Position numbers and translations under genes: made by a program. DNA of 64,000 nt from assembly GCA_950097015.1 (NCBI GenBank), contig CATNEN010000033.1:3472001-3536000 (forward strand). The letters run 5' to 3'. The stretch is from Macrostomum hystrix (taxonomy: Eukaryota > Animalia > Platyhelminthes). Positions 1-11,889 of the stretch are shown here, piece after piece. Below the pieces are notes generated by a model that searched no databases, was not told where the DNA came from, and saw only the letters and a program-made list of their open reading frames with translations. Every line of letters begins with the position of its first letter. Positions within the stretch are counted from its first letter, which is position 1.

Positions 1-49
1 AGGTTTTCGTTTCTCGTTTTGTTGAGTAAATTCTACATGAGAAATAACA

Positions 50-3000
50 ATGCACCCTTGCTTTGCGAGAATATTGACATACTTCGGTATGCAGAGACCA
101 ATGTGCACTGAGTTCAGAACCGTTTTCGTCAACCACAAAGCTATCAGCTCGAGAGAGCAGCTGCACGAAGTACAATATCCAGCTAATCAAGTGGTCACTT
201 CTCGCTACACCGCATACAACTTCTTAATAAAGAATCTCTTGGAGCAGTTCTCGCGCGTTGCCAACTTTTACTTTCTAATTGTGGCTATTATTCAGCTGCT
301 CAATGATGCGCCAGTGAGTCCTACCTCGTCTTTCGTGCCACTTGGCTTTGTACTAGGAGCCACAGCGATCAAGCAGGCCTACGAAGACATCAAGAGGCAC
401 AGGTCTGACAACGCTGTCAACAGCGCGCCTGTCAAAGTGACCAGAGGCAGCACACTCGTTGACATTAGGTCTAGCGAAATTCAAGTCGGCGACATTGTGC
501 GCGTGCACCAGAACGAAGGCTTTCCGTGCGACTTGGTTCTGCTATCATCGTCTGAAGATACAGGTGAGACGCGTAGCTATTTGCGTTCCATTACATCTCA
601 CCGATACTAAAACCTACAGAGCAAGTCTAGAGATCCAAGAACTTATATTATCCTGCAAAACAGGTGAATGCAGGGTAACGACAGCCAACTTAGATGGCGA
701 ATCCAACCTGAAGACGGTGCACTCCGTGGAGCTGACCAGGCACTTGAGGACAGCGGAAAAAATCGGCAAGAACCTGCGCGCTCAAATCGACTGCGAGCAG
801 CCAACTGCAGATCTGTACAAGTTCAAGGGAAATATGAAGGTCCGCCTTGGTTCCGGTCCTGTTGACCAAGTCTCCCTGAGCGTGAAAAATGTGTTACTAC
901 GCGGCGCCATCCTTAGAAACACAGAGCAGGTGATGGGAGTGGCAGTGTACACCGGCCAGGAGACGAAGATGCAGCTCAACTCGCAAAGCGGTCGGTCAAA
1001 AAAATCGGTTATTGAGCACAGAGTAGACAACTTTCTGGCGTGCTTTATGGGAATACTTCTAGCGCTAGTAGTTTTGTGCATCTCCATGAAATGGAGTTAT
1101 GCTAATCATAAAACAACCGTTAATAGCGCCTGGTACCTGCCGGTAGAACACCCTACATTTTACCGCATTGTCCAGGACATACTCGGCTACGTCGTACTGT
1201 TTAATTATCTGATTCCCATCGCACTCTACGTAACGATGGAGGTAATGAAGTTTATCGGCTCAAAGTTTATCGAGTACGATTTGAATATGTACTTCGAGGA
1301 TCAGAACACTGGAGAGAAGATGCCAGCCAAGGCAAACACGTCAGACCTGATTGAGGAGCTCGGCCAGGTTCAGCATTTATTCTCCGATAAAACAGGCACA
1401 CTCACTGAAAACAAGATGACCTTCAGACATTGCTCAGTGGATGAACGAACTTTCAGCGAATTAGAAGGTCAATTATGGGAGACAATGAGCTGCGGAGGAC
1501 AACCGTTAAACAGGTGTAGGAGGCTGGAAGGCCGCCAGCTGCTATTCTTCACGGCTTTGGCTCTGTGCCACACAGTCCGAGTTGAGCGTTCCAAGAAATT
1601 TGCCCGGGCCTCGACGGCTCTTGCGAGCAGCACCTACTCGGCATTGGACGCTACAGGCTACACGTATCAGGCCATCTCACCGGATGAGAAGGCTTTCGTG
1701 GAAGCTGCTCGGAGCTTTGGAGTCATCTTCCATGGCACCGATGGCGGAGTCAGCACTGTGAGCTGGCCAGGTGACGATGGCGAGTTCATTATCCAGCAAT
1801 TCCGGGTTCTACACGTGTTGGAGTTCGACTCAGACCGTAAGTGCATGTCAGTCATTGTGCAGCGACCTGACGGAGTGCACTGGCTAATTTCAAAAGGCGC
1901 CGAAAGCTCGATGCTAGAAAAGTGCTCGACTGGGGATCGTGATGCAGTCGTGAAATTCTCAGCGGAATTCGCTGTCCAGGGTCTCCGGGTGCTGGCGATC
2001 GCCCATAGGGAGCTCTCGGAGGCTGAGTTCAATGGCATAGCATCACAGCTTCTAAGCGCCGAGAGAGATGTCGCTAACAGAGAGGCAAGGCTCACTAAGG
2101 TTTACATGTGAGTCAATACGAGCGCATTTGTGATTCAATAAAGGCAATAGATCACTAAACAAGAGTAAATCTCTCATGCCTCACATTTTTTACTTTGCAC
2201 ATTGCCATAGGACGGTGGAACAGGGTCTCGAAGCGCTTGGCCTCACCGCTATCGAGGATGAGCTCCAGTCAGGGGTGCGAGAGACTCTAACAGACCTGCG
2301 CGACGCAGGAATCAAGGTGTGGGTCCTGACCGGTGACAAACGTGAGACGGCAGAGAACATCAGCCTGTCGGCAGGACACATCTCCGAAGGCATGCAGCGG
2401 ATTCGCATCATTGAGCAGCACTCAGCGGAGGACTGTACCAAATTTGTCGCTAGTGGGCACGAGGAGATCGCCATTAGCGACCAATCAGTTCAGTTCTGTG
2501 TGATTGTCGACGGTCAGTCGCTTCAGTTCATGCTGGCCGATGAGAACTCTAACCTCAGAGCCTCATTCCTCGGACTCTGCTGCAGGTCAGCCGCTATCCT
2601 GTGCTGCCGCTGCACGCCACTGCAAAAGTCTCGAGTTGTTGCCATGGTGAAGGAGGGTATTCGACCTAGACCGACCACTTGCGCCATCGGAGACGGTGCC
2701 AATGACGTCTCAATGATTCGTGAGGCCCACGTCGGCATCGGGATCTTCGGCAAGGAAGGCCGCGCAGCCGCTCTCAATGCTGACTATGCCTATGCGAAGT
2801 TCAAGTTCACTCGCACCATTCTCCTGTTCCACGGCCACTTGTTCTATGTGCGACTGTCGACACTTGTCCTGTACTTCTTCTACAAGTCCATTGTGTTCGT
2901 CATGCCTCACTTCTTCTACGCATTCTTTTCTGGATTCAGCATGCAGCCAATGTATGACACGGCATTTTTTATTCTTTACAACATGACGATGACATCGATG

Positions 3001-4047
3001 CCTATTTTTCTGTACGGGTTGTTTGAGCAGCACCTGCCCCGACACCGCCTGCAGTCGGAGCCGCGCCTCTACCAAGACATTGCGCACAACAGGCGCCTGT
3101 CATGGAGCCAGCTGGCTCTCTGGAGCAGCCTGGGCCTGTGGCACTCCGTCTGCTGCTTCTTCGCAGTCGCTGCAGTATTTCTTGTCAACGACTGGGTCGG
3201 CGCCAACGGATTCAGCTTTGACGTCTACGCCTTTGGCACGCTGGTCATCACTGGCATTCTGGCCTGCGTCACTGGCCGCATCCTGCTCGTCATCTTCAGC
3301 TTCAACCTGCCAACTCTGGTTGGCATCCTGTTCTCCATCACCACCTACGTGATCCTCCTCAGTGCCTACAGCAGCGTCTCGACCGCATTCCTATCCAATA
3401 ATCTGACCTACTACTGGACCTACTTTGATGTTTGCCGACAGCCTTCGGCCTGGCTGTTACTGCTGTGCGCTACCGTGCTGGGTTTGACGCCTGACTTGAT
3501 CATTCGCTTTGTGCAGGACTCGCGCACTGACCTGATGCTGCGAAGGCGAACGACGGCTTCGGAGGTTCGTGCTTATGTTTACTTTTCTTGGCTTTGCAAG
3601 ACCGCGTATATTTTTAGCAACCGTTTTCAATGGTCATTTTGCTGAGCAATTTTCTGGAACTGCTTCCGCAGGTGTCCTCGACCTCCGCGCGCACAGCCAA
3701 CAGGAAGTGGCGGTCACAGTTGGAAGCAGAGGAATTGGAAATGGACCCGAGTTGGTTTGTAAGCCAGCGAGACTGAGTCCGAGACTGCAATTAGCATTCC
3801 CTAAATATCTCACATTATGACGCCTGAATTCAACACTAATAACAACAGGCGCTTTTAAGTGTTTAAGTGTTTTCATACATTTGAATGCAGAAAATGTATG
3901 AAATAAGCCTATTTGTGAAGCAATTACACTATTACAGCAATGTCTTGCCATTCTTACCCTTAGGAGTTCACTCAGCCTCCAGCGGACAGCGAGATGGCCA
4001 AGCCAGCTGGATCTCAGCAGGTGCCGGATCAAAGATGCTCGGCGTGA
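50..4047 (+). CDS. ATP11: P4-type ATPase phospholipid flippase, ATP11-like; exons 50-563, 664-2107, 2211-3564, 3672-3758, probably 3964-4047 (alternatively ends at TGA 3774-3776)
   Basis: Motifs DKTGTLTEN (phosphorylation site), LDGESNLK, SPDE, KGAES, WVLTGDK, CCRCTPLQK, IGDGANDVSMI and TM segments. GT-AG introns 564-663, 2108-2210 and 3565-3671 join the three ORF-track fragments in frame. TM1-2 QLLNDAPVSP...TAIKQAYED and DGES resemble ATP11A/C. The last exon choice is less certain. Confidence 0.93.
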
Positions 4048-4165
4048 CATCGACTGAGATGGACAATAATTCTCCGCACTCATGCTGCTATGGGCACCAT
4101 GTTCTTTCTTCTGCTTATCTGATTTGAGTGATCTGATTTGATCATTTATAATGCAACATTAATAT

Positions 4166-4449
4166 TGAGTGAGTGAGTGAGTGAGTGAGTGAGTGAGTGA
4201 GTGAGTGAGTGAGTGAGTGAGTGAGTGAGTGAGTTAGTGAGTGAGTGAGTGAGTGAGTAAGTGAGTGAGTGAGTGAGTGAGTGAGTGAGTGAGTGAGTGA
4301 GTGAGTGAGTGAGTAAGTGAGTGAGTGAGTGAGTGAGTGAGTGAGTGAGTGAGTGAGTGAGTGAGTGAGTGAGTGAGTGAGTGAGTGAGTGAGTGAGTGA
4401 GTGAGTGAGTGAGTGAGTGAGTGAGTGAGTGAGTGAGTGAGTGAGTGAG
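4166..4449. repeat. (GAGT)n microsatellite
   Basis: About 70 near-perfect GAGT units; source of the LTHS-repeat ORFs. Confidence 0.98.
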
Positions 4450-5029
4450 CAAGCGCAGAGCAGGGCCATGTAGTCATTTAATGTTGAGTTTGCTCTTGGC
4501 AGTCCTTCACTCTGTCCTCCATTTGAAATTTCGCCTTTAATAATTTCTCTGCCATCTGTTCCAGCGGCAGGAATGTCTATGTGAACAGGGTTGGGCCTGT
4601 GCTGTTCTCATAAGCGCAATACTAAAGTTGGCAGAGCCCGCAGTGTGAAAAATCCACTCGAGTTGCTCTGAACTTACTGTGGAGTGCGACAGTGCAAGCT
4701 CTATACTATCCTGAGCCTGTCGTGCTCATGTACAGTTGAGTACCTCTCTGTCTGCCTCATCGCTCGCCATTACGAGTACAAATGACGAAAGCTATTTTTA
4801 GGAATTCTGTCTTGATACACTTGGGTTGAAAATGTCGAATATTTTCATTTTCTTTGTTTTAATAAAAAAACATTGTGTAGCCTACTTGTAGTAGCGGCAA
4901 CAGCAGATTACGCATTTTTTACTTTTGTTTGATCATCGGCTCAGGAGTCAGCGAAATGGGCAGAATTTCCTCCACGCTGGCTGCAGGTCTAGTGTCACCA
5001 AATGATGTGCCATTGCCCGCAGCCCTCCT

Positions 5030-5100
5030 GCAATAATAGTAATAATAATAATTTTTGTATTAGTATTAGTATTAGTATTATAATTATTATTATTATTATT
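5030..5100. repeat. (AAT)n/(ATT)n microsatellite
   Basis: Visible trinucleotide runs. Confidence 0.85.
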
Positions 5101-5573
5101 CGGGCAGCATTGACCGTTCAATCGACCCGCAGCCTGAAGGAGGCGATTCTGCGCGTTCTCATCGTATTTTGGAAGTTGGCGTAAACTGCTCAAGCCCTCA
5201 AGCCTTATCTTGCGGCGGCGACCCAAGTTAATGTTGAGTCGCTGCGGATTCGAGCTCAGGACCTTGGTGTAATATTTGTTAGCCCCTATCAAATACTGTA
5301 CAGACAAAGTAAACAAAACTGCATCGTCATGCTAATTTTAGTTTCCAGAAATGTATTTCGTCAAGAAATAAGCCATAACATTATCGTCAGCAATGTACAG
5401 TCTTAATATGGAACTATAGTAGATATTTCAATAAGCAATAATTAGTGAGTAAGGCGACAAGATCTGGGTCATTGCGGGCTAATCGAATTTCAGGATGGCA
5501 GGCATCGATTGTACTCCGCATGTTCCAGAACCTCGTGTCTTAGCGAGGCGGGGAAGGCGGGGATCTGCGAGCA

Positions 5574-6107
5574 CTAGTGCACGATACCCACCGAGGTCGC
5601 CGCCTCCTCGCTGATTTGCCGCAGCGCTCCGGGGCCGCCGGTGAGGCGACAGTCGGCCAGCAGCCGCAGCCAGGCGAGCCTCTGCTCCTCGCTGGAGAAG
5701 GTGACAATCGTGTACCCGACGCCGCTGCCGCCGCCCCCGCCGCGTCGAGTCAGCTTCAGCTTGCGCCGGCCGAGCGGCTCAGCCCGGAGACCGCGGAGGC
5801 TCAGGCAGCCCAGCGGCTGCCGTGGTGTCTCTTCGTTCTCGCTGAACACCACGACGAAGCCGCCATCCGAGCGGCCCTCGCTCCTGAACAGGCACAGCTC
5901 GCCAGCCAGGGTTGCCAGGTGCTCCGGCCGGACCAGTGTGACGAGGGCGCGGCAGCTGCGCCGCTGCATGGCACCCCCGCCCGAGGTCAGCTTCATCGCC
6001 TTGGCGTCGTCTTGAAAGCACATTGTTGCTGCTAAATGCTTGCGATTCGGGTTTTGCCTCCCAGGCGCCGGTCGCCTTTTATAAGCCTCGCGCCGCCCAG
6101 CTGACAT
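5574..6107 (-). CDS. Small PH-domain-like protein, or a single exon of one
   Basis: GC-rich ORF with a beta-strand pattern (GELCLFR...FVVVF...PLGCLSLRGL) ending in YTIVTFSSEEQRLAWLRLL, the typical PH C-terminal helix with Trp. True start (6107, or an internal Met) and 3' splicing are unresolved. Confidence 0.6.
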   Translation of the reverse strand: MSAGRREAYKRRPAPGRQNPNRKHLAATMCFQDDAKAMKLTSGGGAMQRRSCRALVTLVRPEHLATLAGELCLFRSEGRSDGGFVVVFSENEETPRQPLGCLSLRGLRAEPLGRRKLKLTRRGGGGGSGVGYTIVTFSSEEQRLAWLRLLADCRLTGGPGALRQISEEAATSVGIVH

Positions 6108-6708
6108 CCTGGATACGCCCTGACGGAGTCGCTCTCCGCTTACTCTGGCCGAGATCGCGTCGATCCTCTGGCAGCCAATCAGCTACTGGGGGGAGTTGAG
6201 CTCAATTTGAGGAGGTGCGGCCCTAACGGTCGGACCAATTTTGGTTAAATTTTTTCTTCTCACAGGCGCGGACGGACTCTCGAGGTGCTGCAATTGGTCC
6301 TTGCAGCCAAGAGGTCTATTTTTATCCTATTAGGGAAGTTAAAAATAGGCATCCTACATCGGCTATCCTCTCTCCCCTGTGTTTGCAGCCTTGCCTGTCA
6401 AAGCCGCGGTCGACTGAATCGTCAGAGGAGACAGAAAGCTCAGCATCATTTGATGACGCTGGTGCTAGGCAATGAGGTGCCGCCCACGCGGTGCCCACAC
6501 TGGCGGTGCCACCAATATCCCATTAGCGCATAGCGATCACTCTAGTTGCACTCCAACAGCTAAAAGTTGCTATAAATAGAACAGCTCGGATGACTCCCTT
6601 GAGATTTGGAATCCCTGATTCCAGGAATTTTCTTAAATTTCCCGCATTGCACCGGGCTTGTCAATGCTTTTACAGCCAATGCACTCACTTAACTCTCATA
6701 AATTCTTG

Positions 6709-6790
6709 GTTAGAGCGTCGGACTGACGTCTTGAAGGTCGGGGATTCGATTCTTGACTCGACTGGAAAAATGTTTGTCATTTAGCAAGAA
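6709..6790 (+). mobile_element. Truncated copy of the tRNA-derived SINE
   Basis: GGTTAGAGCGTCGGACT...GAAGGTCGGGGATTCGATTC...TTTAGCAAG aligns with the copies at 7804 and 47874. Confidence 0.75.
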
Positions 6791-7208
6791 ACTATTGCTC
6801 CATGGACTGAACAGCCTATAGTATAGTAATAATAATAATAGTAATATAATAGTAATAATGCCACAAGCCTAGATCTCGCCACTCTCTCTTAGGAGCTTTC
6901 TGACTCACAGAGATCTTACAATATCTCCTGCTCGAGGTGAATCACTTGGGGAAGAAATTTGCTACGGCTATTGCTTTGAAAATTTTCTGACTCATGAGTA
7001 CTTTGCCACACAGCATTGGGTGTGGCTGCTCAGTCCTTATCAATGCCCTCAACCCTGACTTCACGGCTAAACTGTACCACAGCAATAAGTTTGAGTGTTA
7101 CTAAATTTAGAAAAAGGACGGCTTTTTCACAATTTGAGGAAGACCATCAAGGAAATATAAAAAACGTTATGACGCATTTTCTAATTTAAAGTGAAGAGCC
7201 CAAGACAT

Positions 7209-7372
7209 GGTGTCACCTGTACAGTTTGATGAGCCAGTGTCACCTGTACAGTTTGATGAGCCAGTGTCACCAGTACAGGTTGATGAGCCAGTGTCACCTG
7301 TACAGTTTGATGAGCCAGTGTCACCTGTACAGTTTGATGAGCCAGTGTCACCAGTACAGGTTGATGAGCCAG
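7209..7372. repeat. 27-bp minisatellite x6
   Basis: Unit GTGTCACCTGTACAGTTTGATGAGCCA. Confidence 0.95.
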
Positions 7373-7803
7373 TGACCCACCTGAGAAATTCGAAGTACGA
7401 AATCAGTGCCTTCCTGGTGGTTTGAAGGACTCTTAACTTCAGGTAGTGCGAAAATAAAAAAATAGGTCGTTTCACAAAAACCACAGATTTTTCGGTAGCT
7501 TTCAGTAATGGCTACTTATAGTAGATGATTGCATGAGCAGATTACAATTTTTAAACGTACATGTAGCAACTGGCAGTCCTATTTATTGAAGAAGTGATTT
7601 GTCTAATTCATGAACGGTTTTGAACAGTTAAACTCAAGCAACTCTTAAAATTTAGCACAGACAGTGCTAAAGAACTGACACTGAGACCAGGGCTATTCAT
7701 AGATTACGAACAGATTACGAAAATGCAGGCACCAAATATATAATTCTAAAATTTAATTTCTTTTTTACTTTCATCATTCCTCTACTGTTACCTAAGGTAT
7801 ATA

Positions 7804-8080
7804 GGATGTTGTAGCCTGTGGCTAGAGCGTCGGACTCACGACTTGAAGGTCGGGGGTTCGATTCCCGACTCCACTGGAACAATTTGTGTCCTTTAGCAAG
7901 ACACTTAACTCTACATTGCTTCAGTTTATCCAGCTGTTAAATGGGTACCAGAATTAGCTGGGGTAATTAAAGGTGGGTGTGGCGTCTCCCCAGTCCATGG
8001 ACTAAACAGCTGTACGCAGCCTTCAGTGCTGTCGGCTGCACATTTGGCCTTATTGGGGCAGGTGTAACAAATTAATTTTA
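7804..8080 (+). mobile_element. tRNA-derived SINE with MIR/CORE-like central domain, near full length
   Basis: A box TAGCCTGTGGCTAGAGC, B box GGTTCGATTCCC, then TGTGTCCTTTAGCAAGACACTTAAC...CAGTTTATCCAGCTGTTAAATGGGTACC and an AT-rich tail. Colinear with 47874-48175. Confidence 0.85.
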
Positions 8081-8359
8081 TTATTAATATTATTAACGTT
8101 AATAAAAATAGGACAAAAATTACTAAAATCATTTCAAAATTCTGCTCTTTATTTACAAAAATGGAGCAAAAGGCATCAAGAACATCTGAAAACTTGTTTT
8201 TTTACAGGCGCAAGGAAATTTAAATCTGAGCTTCACATGAAGAAAAACTGGTTATAAAACTGACCCTGGGGTTTCGTAACAAATACTGAGAAGTTTTGAA
8301 TTGTCTGCTTTGCGGGTTCAAATGTTTCAGTCAGTCGCATAAACAGATCCATCGCTCTG

Positions 8360-8715
8360 ATCACTGGCTACCCACCTCACTCCGCCCCGCCACCCCAAAA
8401 TCACTTTGCAGCTAGCTTAAAACCACCTCACTCTGCCCCGGCACCCCAAACCATATGGCAGCAAGCTACCCGCCTCACTCCACCCCACCACACCAACTCA
8501 CAGGGCAGCTTGCTAAACCCACCTCTTGCTAAACCCACCTCACTCCACCCCACCACCAAAACCATAAGGCAGCTTGCTAAACCCATCTCACTCCGCCTCG
8601 CCACCCCAAATCACAAGGCAGCTAAACCCACCTCACTCCGCTCCGCCATCAAAACCATAAGGCAGCTTGCTAAACCCACCTCACTCCGCCCCACCACCCC
8701 AAATCATAGGGCAGC
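8360..8715. repeat. Degenerate ~55-bp minisatellite overlapping the stop codon of the 8704 gene
   Basis: Unit approximately GCAGCTTGCTAAACCCACCTCACTCCGCCCCACCACCCCAAATCATAAG. Confidence 0.85.
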
Positions 8716-10671
8716 CAGCAGCCGCGCCAGTCCCTCGCTGATGCGCAAGTCGCGCAGCTTGAACTGCAGTCCGGCGAAGTCTGCGGACTCCAGAGACTGC
8801 CGCCGGCACTCTTCCAAGTCGCCCAGCCGTTTCTGTGTACACTGACCGGCGCCGCAGCCACCGCCAGTGGACTTGCCCGCCACCAGCCTCTCAATGACGG
8901 CGCAGAAGGCAAAAAACAGCTGCGGCTCCAGCTGCTCAAGCTCGGCGGTGCCAGTCAGCTCGCGTAGTTGAGCCAGTCGGTCACGCGGCACATTGCCCTC
9001 CACCAGCAAATCCGCGATGCACTTATCCAGCTCTCTGGACTCCACCAGGTTGCTGATTGGATTGCGGAACTTCTGGAACAGGCGCTGGTAGAGGAAGATG
9101 CGCTTGGCTGACACCACGGCGTACTGCCGCAGGTAGTCCTTTGCCTCCAGGCCTGCCAACAGAACGATTGGGGACACTCTCAGCTCTTGATTCTTTGGGA
9201 TATTTAAGTCAGAGTTTTTGGGAAAATTACTACCCTTCCGTCTACCTTCCTGTCTACCCTACTGCCTACCGTAGTTTCTATCCTAATGCCTAACCAACTG
9301 TCTATCCCAATGTCTATCCTACTGTCTATCCCAATGTCTATCCTACTGTCTACCCCAATGTCTATCCTACTGTCTATCCCAATGTCTATCCTACTGTCTA
9401 TCCCAATGTCTATCCTACTGTCTACCTCAATGTCTATCCTACTGTCTACCCAAATGTCTATCCTACTGTTTACCCCAATGTCTATCCTACTGTCTACCCT
9501 ACTGTCTACCCCCAATGTCTATCCTACTGTCTACCCCAATGTCTATCCTACTGTTTACCCCAATGTCTATCCTACTGTCTACCCCAATGTCTATCCTACT
9601 GTCTACCCTACTGTCTACCCCCAATGTCTATCCTACTGTCTACCCCAATGTCTATCCTACTGTCTACCCTACTGTCTACCCCCAATGTCTATCCTACTGT
9701 CTACCCCAATGTCTATCCTACTGTTTACCCCAATGTCTATCCTACTGTCTACCCCAATGTCTATCTACTGTCTACCCCAATGTCTATCCTACTGTCTATC
9801 CCCATGTCTATCCTACTGTCTATCCCAATGTCTATCCTACTGTCTATCCCAATGTCTATCCTACTGTCTACCCCAATGTCTATCTAATTCTACCCAAATG
9901 TCTATCCTTCTGTTTACCCCAATGTCTATCCTACTGTCTACCCCAATGTCTATCCTACTGTCTACCCAAATGTCTATCCTACTGTTTACCCCAATGTCTA
10001 TCCTACTGTCTACCCCAATGTCTATCCTACTGCCTACCCTATGTCTATCCTACTGCCTACCCCAATGTCTATCCTACTGCCTACCCAAATGTCTATCCTA
10101 CTGTCTATTCTACAGTCTACCAAAATTCCTAACCACGCAGATCTAAAGTGACTGCAACATTGTAAAAATGGCTTTATAAATATCTACTTTGTATTTTGAC
10201 CTAGCGATGCAAGAAAAGTTTCGCAGCAATTTTAGTCTAATTATTTTAATTCGCTGAAAAGCCTAAAAATAACTGGCGAATGAAGCGAAATGAAATTAAA
10301 ACGGAATTACGCGCTACTAGCTGCGTGTATTCGACTGACATCAGACCAAGATTTTCTAACCCTGATAGTCCCTGACATCCAGTCCAAACCATCTGAATCT
10401 CTAGGAAGCCATTTGGCCTTTTTTCCAAGAAGCGATCGAATTTCTATGAAACAGTTTCTTGTCGGGGGCACGAACAAAATCTGGTTTTAGATTTTCCTGA
10501 TGACAAGGGACTGAAAGTTCTGAGTAGACGCTTTAGCGATGTCTGAGTAGACGCTCGTAATTCAAATAATCTTGAGTTTTGCTCACCTTCTAATTGCTTC
10601 AGATCAATGGGCAGCTCAAAGCGGGTGGTCTGCGCTGTGCAGTTGTGCAGCTTCCCTCCGTGTTTCATGCG
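8704..10671 (-). CDS. 3' part of an uncharacterised protein; exons 10587-10671 and 8704-9152, upstream exons not identified
   Basis: Donor GAAG|GTGAGC and acceptor TTGGCAG|GC join in frame as RFELPIDLKQLE-GLEAKDYLRQYAVVSAKRIFLYQRLF. GC-rich coding-like composition, TGA at 8704-8706, AATAAA on minus at 8148-8153. Confidence 0.7.
9235..10120. repeat. 24-bp minisatellite (intronic)
   Basis: Unit TGTCTATCCTACTGTCTACCCCAA. Confidence 0.96.
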
Positions 10672-10709
10672 CTTATCGATTTGAAAGTAAAAAAACTGAG
10701 CATTTTTAG

Positions 10710-11310
10710 TCTAGGGTAGGGAATGGTAGACTAGGGAATGGATTGGCAGTCTAGGGAAGGGAATGACAGTCTTGGCAAGGGAATGACAGTCTAGACTCTA
10801 GGGAATGGAATGGCAGTCTAGGGAAGGGAATGGCAGTCTAGGGAAGGGAATGACAGCCTAGGGAAGGAAATGATAGTCTAGGGAAGGGAATGACAGTCTA
10901 GGCAAGGGAATGACAGTCTAGGGAAGGGAATGGCAGTCTAGGGAAGGGAATGGCAGTCTAGGGAAGGGAATGGCAGTCTAAGGAAGGGAATGACAGTCTA
11001 GGGAATGGAATGGCAGTCTAAGGAAGGGAATGACAGTCTAGGGAAGGGAATGGCAGTCTAGGGAAGGGAATGGCAGTCTAGGGAAGGGAATGGCAGTCTA
11101 AGGAAGGGAATGGCAGTCTAGGGAAGGGAATGGCAGTCTAGGGAAGGGAATGGCAGTCTAGGGAAGGGAATGGCAGTCTAGGGAAGGGAATGGCAGTCTA
11201 GGGAAGGGAATGGCAGTCTAGGGAAGGGAATGGCAGTCTAGGGAAGGGAATGACAGTCTAGGGAAGGGAATGACAGTATTAGGGAATGGAATGACAGTCT
11301 AGGGAAGACA
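10710..11310. repeat. 20-bp minisatellite
   Basis: Unit GGGAAGGGAATGGCAGTCTA. Confidence 0.96.
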
Positions 11311-11889
11311 GTGTATTCACAATGTCTCGGATGTCGAGGCTGTCGAGGCGAGTAGTTACAACTAGATAAAGTGATTTTTAACAAGTCTGGCTTGAGATCA
11401 CAGATTCCCCTCACCTTTAAAACGTCCTTCTCGGTAACGGGCATGCTAGCTAACGCGCTATTTACCGCCTGTTGTCCAAACTGTGGGATGTGTTTCGTGT
11501 GTTCTTGAGTTGCCGCAAGTCACCGTACGAGCAGTATTTTTTTAGTTTTTTTAATGCTTGCGGCGAGCACCGCGAGCAGTTATTTGCGAGATGAAAATTC
11601 AGCTATGAAAGACGAAGAAAAATGGAATGAAAAAAATGTTTTTTTTCGCCGCTTCGTTAGAATCCGATTGGCTGTAAATAAATTGTTTTTTTCAAGTACT
11701 GCACCATTTAATGCTTAACTACCTTTACTTGAGCCATGAATAAGTAAGTTTGAAAACAATTATGACCATTTCATTGTTCGAAAAGAGCCAAGAAAGATGT
11801 CTGATGGCAATTCAAGCCTTTTGTCATATGCGCTAAAATCATTCATTGGGATGAAAAGTTTCTTGGTAGATGCTCTCAGAACACCCAAA

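Noticed and set aside
459-663. N-terminal part of the 550-aa ORF as real protein
   Set aside because: 459-563 is the wrong frame of exon 1 and 564-663 is an intron that happens to be open.
4948-5316. 122-aa minus ORF as a downstream exon of the PH-like gene
   Set aside because: It runs into an (AAT)n microsatellite, and I could not establish a convincing in-phase junction.
7804-7875. Functional tRNA gene
   Set aside because: The anticodon and acceptor stems do not pair, and the sequence continues into a shared SINE body.
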